This document shows, piece by piece, positions 1-8,368 of a stretch of 32,000 nucleotides of DNA. The position numbers and the translations under genes were made by a program. Every line of letters starts with the position of its first letter. The stretch's first letter is position 1. The DNA comes from Acaryochloris marina MBIC11017 (GTDB lineage: Bacteria; Cyanobacteriota; Cyanobacteriia; Thermosynechococcales; Thermosynechococcaceae). The notes below the pieces were generated by a model, which worked only from the letters and a program-made list of their open reading frames with translations, was not told where the DNA came from and did no database searches. The stretch spans positions 270,001-302,000 of the forward strand of contig NC_009926.1 in the NCBI RefSeq assembly GCF_000018105.1, given 5' to 3'.

Positions 1-436
1 TACACCTACCGTCTCTCGCGGCTTAGACTGAAAGGCACATCAAAGACCCTCTCACTGTTTGATGTCATTGGTTTGAGATCAGGTCAATCCATTCGAAATT
101 ACAAAGTAATACCTGCTGGCAATGAACCGTGGAACCAGCCCATATCTAAGGGAGCTAATTAAAAAGCTATTGAGAATAAATCTAAACTGTTAACTCAATA
201 ATCGATTGGGGTTGCTTCACCCGTTTCTCGGGGAATCGAAGGGCTCCATTGAGCTGAATCCTAGTCATGGATTGATATTAATGCTATAAACATCGATATC
301 GTCATAACAAAATACGGGAGTGAAATCGTCAAAGACCACTGCTAGACAATTGATTATTGAGAACGTATTCTGATTGTAGTTATCCATACACTCATTGCTT
401 GATGATAATGACGACCAAGGATGAACTGGGCTACTG

Positions 437-886
437 ATGTATTCGGCTAACACGCTTAAAGCTGAACTGAATGCGCTAGGTGGGCGGATCTCTTCGCAAC
501 GTGAGATGATTCTGAATGCTTTCCAAGCTTTACCCGAGGGGCAACACATAAGTGCTGCGAAGCTACACCAATTACTCGTTAAACAAGACTATTCCATCGG
601 TCTGCCGACGATTTATCGCAACCTTAAGCTGATGTCGCAGATGGGAGTATTGCGTGAGCTAGAGCTTCCCCCAGACCGAAAACTCTATGAGCTAAATCCA
701 CCCTATCATCATCGTCATCACCACCTCATCTGTGTCAAGTGCAATCAGACCATTGAATTCAAAAATAGTTCGATCCTCAGAATAGGCAAACGTCAAGCCA
801 AGGAAGCCGGATTTCACCTCCTAGATTGTCAGCTCACCATTCATGCACTTTGTCCAAGCTGTCAACGGTCAGTTACACAAAGTTGA
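437..886 (+). CDS. Fur-family metalloregulator (149 aa); paralogue class (Fur/Zur/PerR/Mur) not assignable by eye
   Basis: Translation shows a winged-helix segment 'PTIYRNLKLMSQMGVLREL', a His cluster followed by CxxC ('HHRHHHLICVKC') and a second CxxC ('CPSC'). This is the standard Fur-family layout. Confidence 0.85.
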   Translation: MYSANTLKAELNALGGRISSQREMILNAFQALPEGQHISAAKLHQLLVKQDYSIGLPTIYRNLKLMSQMGVLRELELPPDRKLYELNPPYHHRHHHLICVKCNQTIEFKNSSILRIGKRQAKEAGFHLLDCQLTIHALCPSCQRSVTQS

Positions 887-1256
887 TTAGACCAGTATGC
901 GTTTAGAAGCTTGCCTTGCTTTTGTCAGATCTTCATCTTAGAAATAACACAACGAAACTTCCAATTTATTAACTCAGAATATCGAGTTTTCAGTTCTGCT
1001 GGCTTAGAACATTTTGCTAGTTCCAACGAATGAGTTGAATGGCACGGAAATTGTTTGAAGCGAGGAAAGGAAGTCATCACCATCATGAGAATTTTCCGAT
1101 GATCTAGGCTCATGTTTCTGTGATGGATTGTAATTAATAAGTCAGATGGATTAGAAGAATCTTAATTAAAAAGTGAATTAAAAATGAAAATCTGTTGATT
1201 ATAAAAATGAGATGATTATGAAAATACTGAATTATTATTAATACTATTTATTGATT

Positions 1257-1281
1257 TTTTGATGATCTTAATTCATCAAAA
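1257..1281. promoter_or_regulatory. 9-bp inverted repeat TTTTGATGA-N7-TCATCAAAA in the AT-rich region just upstream of the riboswitch; candidate operator
   Basis: Perfect palindrome arms read directly from the sequence. A TACTAT -10-like hexamer follows at about 1288-1293, just 5' of the riboswitch start. GATTAT hexamers occur twice at about 1217-1240. Confidence 0.3.
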
Positions 1282-1297
1282 TAATGCTACTATCGTC

Positions 1298-1416
1298 CTG
1301 AACGAAGGGGAGTAGCTTTAGCCGCACAAGGCCCATCGTCTGAGTCAACATACTGGTGTTTAACCTGGTTCAGACGGCAATTTAGAATTTTCTAGCTTGC
1401 AAGCGAGACCTTCATT
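1298..1416 (+). promoter_or_regulatory. yybP-ykoY (Mn2+) riboswitch-like leader
   Basis: Contains the hallmark 'GGGGAGUAGC' (1307-1316), 'GUCAACAUAC' (1344-1353) and 'GCAAGCGAGACCUUC' (1399-1413). GAAGG (1304-1308) can pair with CCUUC (1409-1413) as P1. Internal hairpins CGUCUGA/UCAGACG (1337-1343/1370-1376) and GCAA..UUGC (1377-1400) fit a multi-helix junction. It sits directly 5' of a UPF0016 gene, a family known to be controlled by this riboswitch class. Confidence 0.7.
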
Positions 1417-1499
1417 AAGTCCACAACAAGAGTGGGCTTGATGGGGTCTTTGGAAATGCCTGTCATGCCTGCTCATGCAATACAGTACTGGAGCAGCAA

Positions 1500-2117
1500 A
1501 TGAACCTCTTGCCTGGATTTACAGCCGGATTGTTACTAATTACGCTTTCAGAATTGGGTGACAAAACTTTTTTTATAGGTGCCATTCTAGCGATGCGTCA
1601 TCCGCGTCGCTGGGTTTATGGGGGAGTAACCGTCGCTCTAGCTACAATGACGGCCTTGTCGGTCTGGATTGGGCAGGTAGCAACAGTCTTTCCTCAGCAG
1701 TATGTCAAAGGGGTAACGGTGGTCTTGTTTATCGGCTTTGGTCTCAAACTGCTCAACGATGCGATGCGAATGTCAGGTAATGAGGGGATGGTTCATGAGC
1801 AAGCTGATGCATTAGAGGCTGTCGAATGTCGAGAGAAGGGTGTTACCGCTTGGTCAGGCAGAGCGATATGGATGGAAGCTTTTACTTTGACTTTTATGGC
1901 GGAGTGGGGGGACCGGACCCAGGTCGCGACGATTACTCTAGCAACTGCTCAAAATCCCTATGGAGTTTTTCTAGGAGCTATTTTGGGTCATGCTATTTGT
2001 GCCGCAATTGCAGTCGTCTGTGGTAAATTGATTGCCGGACGGATTTCAGAGCGTTTACTCACTGCCATAGGTGGTGTTTTATTTCTGATATTCGGCATCG
2101 TCGTAATCAGCAGATGA
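1500..2117 (+). CDS. UPF0016 / TMEM165-GDT1 family cation (Mn2+/Ca2+) transporter, Mnx/PAM71-like (205 aa)
   Basis: Two-repeat membrane protein carrying both signature E-x-G-D-(K/R)-(T/S) motifs ('ELGDKTF' and 'EWGDRTQ'). Confidence 0.85.
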   Translation: MNLLPGFTAGLLLITLSELGDKTFFIGAILAMRHPRRWVYGGVTVALATMTALSVWIGQVATVFPQQYVKGVTVVLFIGFGLKLLNDAMRMSGNEGMVHEQADALEAVECREKGVTAWSGRAIWMEAFTLTFMAEWGDRTQVATITLATAQNPYGVFLGAILGHAICAAIAVVCGKLIAGRISERLLTAIGGVLFLIFGIVVISR

Positions 2118-2222
2118 CTTGATGCGCAATGCTGAGGAATACTGAAAGTGAGGATGCCTTAAATCCAAAACCGTAACTTATTGGGCGAATGCCCCTGCCG
2201 GTCCTACTTGTAAAACGCGGCA

Positions 2223-2762
2223 TTAGTGGAGAATAAGTCTTAAAGCAACCCCGATCGCTGCCAAAATCCCTAACAATACCAGGATCCAGCGTTGTTGGAA
2301 GATCAATCGGCTGATGGCTAGAGATGGGGGAGCAGCTGTCTCTATCTGCACAGGCACACCCAACTGTTTGGTCGCCCAAAGATTGGCTTCTCCTAGAGAG
2401 CTAAAGACTCTACCAGGGCAGCCATACAAATTTTGAGTGACCTTGGCCACCATTGGCCCCCACAGGGCAATGAGCTTAGCGGAATCGGGGACCATAGCCA
2501 CACCAGCACAATATTCAGAAATCAAGGGCTTATGTTTTTTGGTCCAAGCAATGCCCTCTTTGCGGAGTTGCTTGGCCTCAGGTGATTTCCCTTGTTTCTC
2601 TGCCGCTTCAGCATTATCCCGCTGTAGCACTAAGGCAAACGGTTCTTCCTTCGCCAACCATTCCTCGAAGCAGGCATAGAATTGTGCCATCTCTTCAGGT
2701 GTACCAAGTCCTTGAAAACGAGTTGAGACAAGGGGCCAGCGGCTATCATCAATAGTTAGCAT
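2223..2762 (-). CDS. Hypothetical protein (179 aa), paralogue of 3985..4389 with an extra C-terminal TM helix
   Basis: Shares 'MLTID..S.P..S..F.G', 'F..FE.WL', '(Y/H)C.G(V/I)A' and '(Y/F)GCPG..F.S..EA..W' with the 134-aa ORF. The C-terminus 'ILVLLGILAAIGVALRLIL' is hydrophobic. Confidence 0.6.
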   Translation of the reverse strand: MLTIDDSRWPLVSTRFQGLGTPEEMAQFYACFEEWLAKEEPFALVLQRDNAEAAEKQGKSPEAKQLRKEGIAWTKKHKPLISEYCAGVAMVPDSAKLIALWGPMVAKVTQNLYGCPGRVFSSLGEANLWATKQLGVPVQIETAAPPSLAISRLIFQQRWILVLLGILAAIGVALRLILH

Positions 2763-2792
2763 GATCCATCACAAAGTTAGGGCGGGCTATGG

Positions 2793-3605
2793 CTAAACGG
2801 TTGTTTCTAGAATCAAACAAGCATTGCGTAAGGGCGGTAATTGACTCAGCCAAGGGACCCAGCGAAAAAAGCCGATGCGATGCGGATATCGGCAGTTTGC
2901 TTGAATCAAGGATTGTACACTTGTGAGGGACAATCCCATCGCTGCGATGTCCTGTTCATTTTTGATAAACCAGTTCAAGGGGGCACCGAGTTGAGCCAAC
3001 TGTTTGGCTCCTTTGCTATTTGAAGAACCACCCAATGCATCAAAGACTAGCGTTGCTCCTGGAAGCCGGTGGTGCAATTGGTCAATGAGTTGCTGTACTT
3101 GGGTTTCTTTGAAATACATCAGTAATCCTTCTGCGATGATCAGAAGATTTTCAGGATTTCCGGGTAATTCGTCCATCCAAGTGAAGTCAAGTGCAGATTG
3201 AGCGAGGAATCGATGATGGTCCGTTTCTGTATCTAGCTGACGCCGGAGAGTGGTTATTTCCGGTAAATCTAACTCTAGCCAATAGCGATAGCCTTGTCCC
3301 ACGCGGTAGTAGCGGGTTGACATCCCTGCTCCCAATTCAATGGCGATCGCTTCCTGATGACTGGCTAGATACCGTTGTGTAATCTGGTCAAATAGATGGG
3401 CACGTACCGCCCAAGTGAGTTGCGCAAGTGAACCGCTATAGAAGATATCTAATTCAGGATCCCATTGGAGCGAAGACCACCATTCCATTACTTTTGGGTC
3501 ATACAAGATGGCATCAGGGCGTTGATGCTCTTCAACACGGGCACGAGTGGTCATCAGCATCGTGCGGGGAACACCCGCCAGTTTAGACTCAGAAGGGCTG
3601 ATCAT
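2793..3605 (-). CDS. Class I SAM-dependent methyltransferase, TcmP/LCMT-like (270 aa)
   Basis: SAM-binding motif I 'IELGAGMSTRY' and 'LLIIAEGLLMYF', typical of the leucine carboxyl / polyketide O-methyltransferase family. Confidence 0.7.
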   Translation of the reverse strand: MISPSESKLAGVPRTMLMTTRARVEEHQRPDAILYDPKVMEWWSSLQWDPELDIFYSGSLAQLTWAVRAHLFDQITQRYLASHQEAIAIELGAGMSTRYYRVGQGYRYWLELDLPEITTLRRQLDTETDHHRFLAQSALDFTWMDELPGNPENLLIIAEGLLMYFKETQVQQLIDQLHHRLPGATLVFDALGGSSNSKGAKQLAQLGAPLNWFIKNEQDIAAMGLSLTSVQSLIQANCRYPHRIGFFRWVPWLSQLPPLRNACLILETTV

Positions 3606-3725
3606 TCTTCCTCTCCTACAGCATAGAGGTTTGGCTATCGAAAAATAGATGGACTACCCCGTTGAGTTCAAGGATATAAATTAATGAAAAATTTTCTCAA
3701 CTGTATATGCTCAATTATAAATGAC

Positions 3726-3965
3726 CTACAGTGAATCTGTTGGACGCCAAACGGATCTTCTCTTTTCTGATAGGAACTGAAAATCGACGCAATAGATCCA
3801 GGATCTATTGCGGATAGTAGAAAGGCGATGGGCAATCACAATAGTTGTTCGATTTTGCGTAATCTTAGCTAGTGATTCTTGAATAGCTAGATCGATTGCA
3901 TTTATCCCAGTAGGAATAGAGTTCTTCAGCGCAAGACTGCACCTGCTTGAGTTAATAAGGTTCAC
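3726..3965 (-). pseudogene. Remnant of the C-terminal end of an ABC-transporter ATPase
   Basis: The 79-aa ORF contains 'AIDLAIQESLAKITQNRTTIVIAHRLSTIRN', the region after Walker B including the H-loop of ABC exporters. It has no Walker A, signature motif or TMD, and the flanks are unrelated. Confidence 0.65.
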
Positions 3966-3984
3966 AATAATGCATCAGGAATAC

Positions 3985-4389
3985 TCAAGTTTTAAGCGAT
4001 AGCTGCTGCTGTATCCATTGTCTAGCCTCTTCCGAGTGCAAAAAGATCTGACCAGGACAACCAAACACCGTTTTGATCAGTTGTGGGGTTTTAGTCTGGC
4101 GGGCTATTCGTTCCTGCACCGTCTCCACTCCTATCGCAATACCTTGGCAGTGAGCCGTAATTAGAGATTGATATTGCTTGGCCCACTGTGCTGTAAGCAG
4201 GTGAATACTCTGCATCTGTTTAGGATCTACTTCTTCGCTTTGGGTTTGGCTCAAAATAATCCCAAAAGGCTGTAATCTCATTAGCCAATCTTCAAATTGT
4301 GTAAGGTAGGATTTCGTTGCTGACATTATCGTCGCTCCCTCGAAATACACTGAGATAATGGGATAAGAAGATTGGTCAATGGTGAGCAT
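3985..4389 (-). CDS. Hypothetical protein (134 aa), paralogue of 2223..2762; start overlaps the MFS gene stop
   Basis: Paralogy as described for 2223..2762. A 14-nt overlap with the upstream MFS gene suggests one operon with the receptor and permease. Confidence 0.6.
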   Translation of the reverse strand: MLTIDQSSYPIISVYFEGATIMSATKSYLTQFEDWLMRLQPFGIILSQTQSEEVDPKQMQSIHLLTAQWAKQYQSLITAHCQGIAIGVETVQERIARQTKTPQLIKTVFGCPGQIFLHSEEARQWIQQQLSLKT

Positions 4390-5671
4390 AGTCGTAAGTC
4401 TCAGAATTTTTTGAGGAGGTGATATTGAGATCTAAATGTTGAACAATTAACCAATTGCAGTTCAGGAGAATTCCCGTACTAAGGATAAATATTCCTCGAT
4501 AACCTACGATACTAGCAATGACACCCCCTAAAGCTGCCGAAAGAATACTACAGAGAGCAATCACAGAAGTTTGCAACGTGTAATCTGTTCCAGCTAACTC
4601 TATTCGACTTTTATCCATCATAATTGTGAATGCGGTAGTTCCCAGTATTCCGAAAGCGAAGAAGGTGACACCAATGATGGTGTTCAACACAGGTAGCTGA
4701 GTAAATCCGTAGGTTAGTAGCACATTGCTGAAGGTGCCTACTGCTAATGTGTTTGCTGCAATTAATAGCGCTCGCTGACGGCCTAACTTAGCCATTAGCA
4801 AACCCGCCGCTGCTGAACCCAGCATCGTCATGGCAATGCCAAAAATACCAATCATGCGGCCAATATCTGCGATGGAAAAACCGAGATCGACTAATAGTGG
4901 ACGAAACATTGCCGCTGAAAAATTGTAGCCAGCCGTGATCACTGCCAGTGTCAAGAGCCATATTCTGATTCCTGGACGCTGACAAGACTCGATAAAAATT
5001 TTGCAATAGGCAATGAGCGGGTCCAAGGCAGGGTTGATTGATTTGCCTGTCACTCGGCCCATAGGTCTAATTGTCTCTCTATGCCATAAGAGCGGCATCA
5101 ACGCCAGCAGCATCAAAGCAGCAAGAGTCAATAAACTTTTTGACCATCCCCACTTGTTGAGCAAGATTAACATGCCACCTCCGCCAATCATTTTGCCTAG
5201 AGAGCCGCCAATCCCCTGGACTGCGTTGCCCACTCCCCGTTCTCTCGGAGATAAAAGGCCCAATGCCAGGGCATCCGTAGCAATATCCTGGCTGCTGCAC
5301 AGTAATGCCATCAAGGCTAGTCCCACCAAGAGGACAGGTAAGTTGTGCTCAACACTCAAAAAGCTACAGAAAACGGTCACACCAATAACCCCAGATTGAA
5401 AGCAAATAATCCAGAAACGATAGTGTCCCCACCGCGTAAATCCGTAAAAGTCGATCACGGGAGACCAGAGAAACTTGAAGGCAATGGGCAGCAGTAGCAT
5501 TGGCAATAAGCCAATAGCTGCTAAGGATAACCCTCTTTGCCTGAGAATGACTGGCAATGCTTCAAATAGAAACCAAAACGGTAGGAATTGGGAGACATAC
5601 AAACTCGCCAAAAGGCTCAATTTCTGAATTCTTTGAGCTGAAATCATGTTCATTTGTCTTTGCTCAGTCAA
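4376..5671 (-). CDS. MFS permease, AmpG/PAT-like RhtX/FptX-type (putative inner-membrane siderophore importer; 431 aa)
   Basis: About 12 hydrophobic segments. 'LPFWFLFEALPVILRQRGLSLAAIG...KFLWSPVID' resembles the RhtX/FptX/AmpG N-terminal signature. A 4-nt overlap links it to the TonB-dependent receptor gene. Confidence 0.7.
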   Translation of the reverse strand: MTEQRQMNMISAQRIQKLSLLASLYVSQFLPFWFLFEALPVILRQRGLSLAAIGLLPMLLLPIAFKFLWSPVIDFYGFTRWGHYRFWIICFQSGVIGVTVFCSFLSVEHNLPVLLVGLALMALLCSSQDIATDALALGLLSPRERGVGNAVQGIGGSLGKMIGGGGMLILLNKWGWSKSLLTLAALMLLALMPLLWHRETIRPMGRVTGKSINPALDPLIAYCKIFIESCQRPGIRIWLLTLAVITAGYNFSAAMFRPLLVDLGFSIADIGRMIGIFGIAMTMLGSAAAGLLMAKLGRQRALLIAANTLAVGTFSNVLLTYGFTQLPVLNTIIGVTFFAFGILGTTAFTIMMDKSRIELAGTDYTLQTSVIALCSILSAALGGVIASIVGYRGIFILSTGILLNCNWLIVQHLDLNITSSKNSETYDYAHH

Positions 5672-8274
5672 AATTGATAGGTAATCGAGCCAATCACAGT
5701 GAAAGGTTCACCTGGTTCAATGCCTCTAATTCTTGAAATAGGGGTGCCCTGAATGTAATTCACGTTAAAAATATTTTTGAAGTTCACGGCGAGTCTGAGG
5801 CGCTGACGCTGATAGAAGATAGCAGCATTGGTAATGAAGTAATCATTGAGGACAAAGGTATTGCTCAAATCACCTTGGCGATCGCTGGCATAGGTAAAAC
5901 CAATCCCAAATCCTAACCCTTGGAGATCACCCTGTTGGAGGGTGTAGGTTGTCCATAAATTAGCGCTGTGCTTGGGAATCCCAGTCAGTTGATTGCCAAT
6001 AGGAATGACATTATCCTGAGTGATTTCAGCATCTGTATAGGCATAGGAGGCGATCACATTCCAGCCCGGTAGAATTTCGCCGGATAGGTCCAATTCAATT
6101 CCTTGACTTTGCTGTTCCCCTGTCGCTACAAAAGCATTGAAAACACCGAGAGCATTGGGATCAGGCGTCGCAACATTTTGTTTCGTGATATTAAAATAAG
6201 CTAGGGTGGCAAACAGTTTATCCGGCACCACCTCAGCCTTGAACCCTACTTCAAAACCTTCACCCGTTTCGGGGATTAAAAAATCTCCTGCTGCTGTCGT
6301 TGAGGCACTAGGGGTAAAGGATTGAGCAAAACTGGAATATAAGGATAGTTCAGGAATCAGCTGGTAGACTACCCCAACGCGAGGGGTAAAGGCATCCACG
6401 GTCTGTTCTCCCTGACGACCTGCTGGATCAAATAAAGAAGGAGAATTTGTGACTTGCTGGTCAACGGTATCGTAGCGACCACCGACCACAAACTGCAGAT
6501 TATCTAGCACCTTAATCTGATCCTGTAATAGAATTCCTAACCTGCGGGTGGTGACATCTTGTGCTCGGGCTACCGTAGCAAAATCATTGAAGCTTAAGCG
6601 CGTGGGTGTACCGTAAACAGGATTAAAAATATCAAGCAGTGAAGGGGCAAAATTGACTCGTGCGTCAATACCACTGCGGTCTTGGCTAAGGTCAACGCCA
6701 AATAGCAGCGTGTGCTGAATAGGGCCAGTCTTAAACTTACCTGTTACCTCTGTTTGCAAGCCGAGATAATCTTGAAACCAGTCTGTACTTCCGTTAATGC
6801 GAGCCACTAGACCAGTGGCTTCATTAAAGTTTAGGGGTAAAAAGAAGTTGGATAAATAATCCTGTTTGCTATAGCGAAAGGCACTGCGAACGGACCAATT
6901 CTCGTTGAACTGGTGCTTGAAGGTATAACCAGTCGTGATGAAATCTCGATCTATGACATCATCCGGTTCACCTACAATCCGCTCCCGTGGCACATCCACA
7001 ACCCCTCGTCCAAAGGCTAGCAAACCACTATCATTTGGGCGTTGATCATGGAGATATTCAAAATCGAGGGTTAGATTGGTCTCTTCTCCGATATCCCAGC
7101 TCAGAACAGGAGCGACAAACTCTCGCTGAATATTTTGGTCATAGTCTCGGAACCCTTCATCACGCTGAATCAGAGCATTAAGACGATAGCGGAGTTGACC
7201 ATCTTGAGTTAATGTATCTGAAAAATCGATCCGAGGTCGAAAAAAGGTACGACTGCCGACCTGAACTTCAGCTTCGTATAAAGGCTGGGAGGTGGGTGTT
7301 TTGGTGACTAAATTAATCACACCGCCTGGATTAATTTCTCCATACAGGATGGAAGAAGGACCCTTGAGAACTTCAATCTGCTCTAGGTTGGCAGTTTCGG
7401 GCAAGGTCAATAGGCCAGTGTTCGAGAGGGCATCTGATCCCGATAGGCTAAATCCATTTCGTAATACTTTGGCAGCCGAAAACCCACGCAAACTAAACTG
7501 AAAGCCCGCTCCTTCCGTGGTATCTCCAGTAATGCCGCTGACATTGCGAAGGGCCTCATCCAAACGCGTGACTTGCTGATCTTTCAGCACTTCTTTAGGC
7601 AGTACTTGAATCGACTGTGGTACATTGCGTATGGCGGTGTCTGTTCGCGTTCCAGTGGTCGCTTTAGGGATAAAATAACCTGTTTGAGATCGTTCTGCCG
7701 TTACAGTAATCTCTGTTTCAGCATCATCGGTTATTGGAGTAACGACTAAAGCTAACCCTTCTGTCCCCACTGTCACTTGAGCAATAGGGGCCAACTCTAC
7801 ACCGGTCACTAGCACTCGAATTTGAGTAGGAGTAGCTTGAATCACGGTCAGTTCAGTAATATCAGATGCAGGATCAATTGATTGGAAGCCCTGGGGATCT
7901 TCGAGAATCGCATTATCAATTACCGCTATCAGCCGATTGCCGATACTCTGAATCTGAGGTGTTGCTAGCTGTCCCGCTGAAGTGTTCAATTGCACGGATA
8001 ATCCTGTTTCTGTCGTCTCAATCTGCACGTTCGTGACCTTAACGAGGTCTCCTTCTATCTGGGTAAGCCAATCTGTCACAGTAGTAGCTGGATGAGCTTG
8101 GGGTTGGTCTAAAGTTGGATGCTGTTCTGGCGCTGCTAAAACGTGCTGAGGTTGAACTATCGATACACTACAGAGAAGTATCAGGGTAATCTCATGCCCA
8201 GATACTTCGATAGCACTATAAGCTTTTGACACCCCATTACCTACAAAGACAATACAGTTGATAACTATACTCAA
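5668..8274 (-). CDS. TonB-dependent siderophore receptor with an N-terminal AMIN-like extension (868 aa)
   Basis: Plug/barrel motifs ('EITVTAER', 'VLKGPSSILYGEINPGGVINLVTK', 'FQFSLRGF') and a terminal 'ITYQF' aromatic beta-signal. The N-terminal ~150 aa 'VKVTNVQIETTETGLSV...IRVLVTG' resembles the AMIN domain. The exact start codon is uncertain. Confidence 0.9.
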   Translation of the reverse strand: MSIVINCIVFVGNGVSKAYSAIEVSGHEITLILLCSVSIVQPQHVLAAPEQHPTLDQPQAHPATTVTDWLTQIEGDLVKVTNVQIETTETGLSVQLNTSAGQLATPQIQSIGNRLIAVIDNAILEDPQGFQSIDPASDITELTVIQATPTQIRVLVTGVELAPIAQVTVGTEGLALVVTPITDDAETEITVTAERSQTGYFIPKATTGTRTDTAIRNVPQSIQVLPKEVLKDQQVTRLDEALRNVSGITGDTTEGAGFQFSLRGFSAAKVLRNGFSLSGSDALSNTGLLTLPETANLEQIEVLKGPSSILYGEINPGGVINLVTKTPTSQPLYEAEVQVGSRTFFRPRIDFSDTLTQDGQLRYRLNALIQRDEGFRDYDQNIQREFVAPVLSWDIGEETNLTLDFEYLHDQRPNDSGLLAFGRGVVDVPRERIVGEPDDVIDRDFITTGYTFKHQFNENWSVRSAFRYSKQDYLSNFFLPLNFNEATGLVARINGSTDWFQDYLGLQTEVTGKFKTGPIQHTLLFGVDLSQDRSGIDARVNFAPSLLDIFNPVYGTPTRLSFNDFATVARAQDVTTRRLGILLQDQIKVLDNLQFVVGGRYDTVDQQVTNSPSLFDPAGRQGEQTVDAFTPRVGVVYQLIPELSLYSSFAQSFTPSASTTAAGDFLIPETGEGFEVGFKAEVVPDKLFATLAYFNITKQNVATPDPNALGVFNAFVATGEQQSQGIELDLSGEILPGWNVIASYAYTDAEITQDNVIPIGNQLTGIPKHSANLWTTYTLQQGDLQGLGFGIGFTYASDRQGDLSNTFVLNDYFITNAAIFYQRQRLRLAVNFKNIFNVNYIQGTPISRIRGIEPGEPFTVIGSITYQF

Positions 8275-8299
8275 TAAGTAATAACGATCTTGTGTCGAG

Positions 8300-8332
8300 A
8301 CGGATTATTTTCGTCTCTAAACGGATTATTTT
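8300..8332. promoter_or_regulatory. Direct repeat ACGGATTATTTT x2 with 21-bp phasing between the AraC gene and the receptor gene; candidate AraC-type and/or Fur operator
   Basis: Exact 12-mer at 8300-8311 and 8321-8332. The second copy runs into 'GATTATTTTGATTATC' (8324-8339), which is Fur-box-like. Confidence 0.35.
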
Positions 8333-8368
8333 GATTATCTACACTTAGAAAGAATGATTGGATCGGAA

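Noticed and set aside
1-162. An open frame running from the window edge to a TAA at 160-162 ('...LSLFDVIGLRSGQSIRNYKVIPAGNEPWNQPISKGAN'), possibly the 3' end of a plus-strand gene.
   Set aside because: Only 53 codons are visible and I recognise no family, so I cannot support it as a feature.
351-385. A Fur box upstream of the Fur-family gene itself.
   Set aside because: It shows only a loose AT-rich resemblance to the GATAAT hexamer array. It is much weaker than the site at 9392-9411, so I mention it only as a hint inside a finding.
265-1113. Track ORFs 265..549 (-) and 925..1113 (-).
   Set aside because: The first overlaps the Fur gene start and its promoter region. The second lies in the Fur 3' flank. 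Neither shows recognisable motifs, so both are likely chance ORFs.
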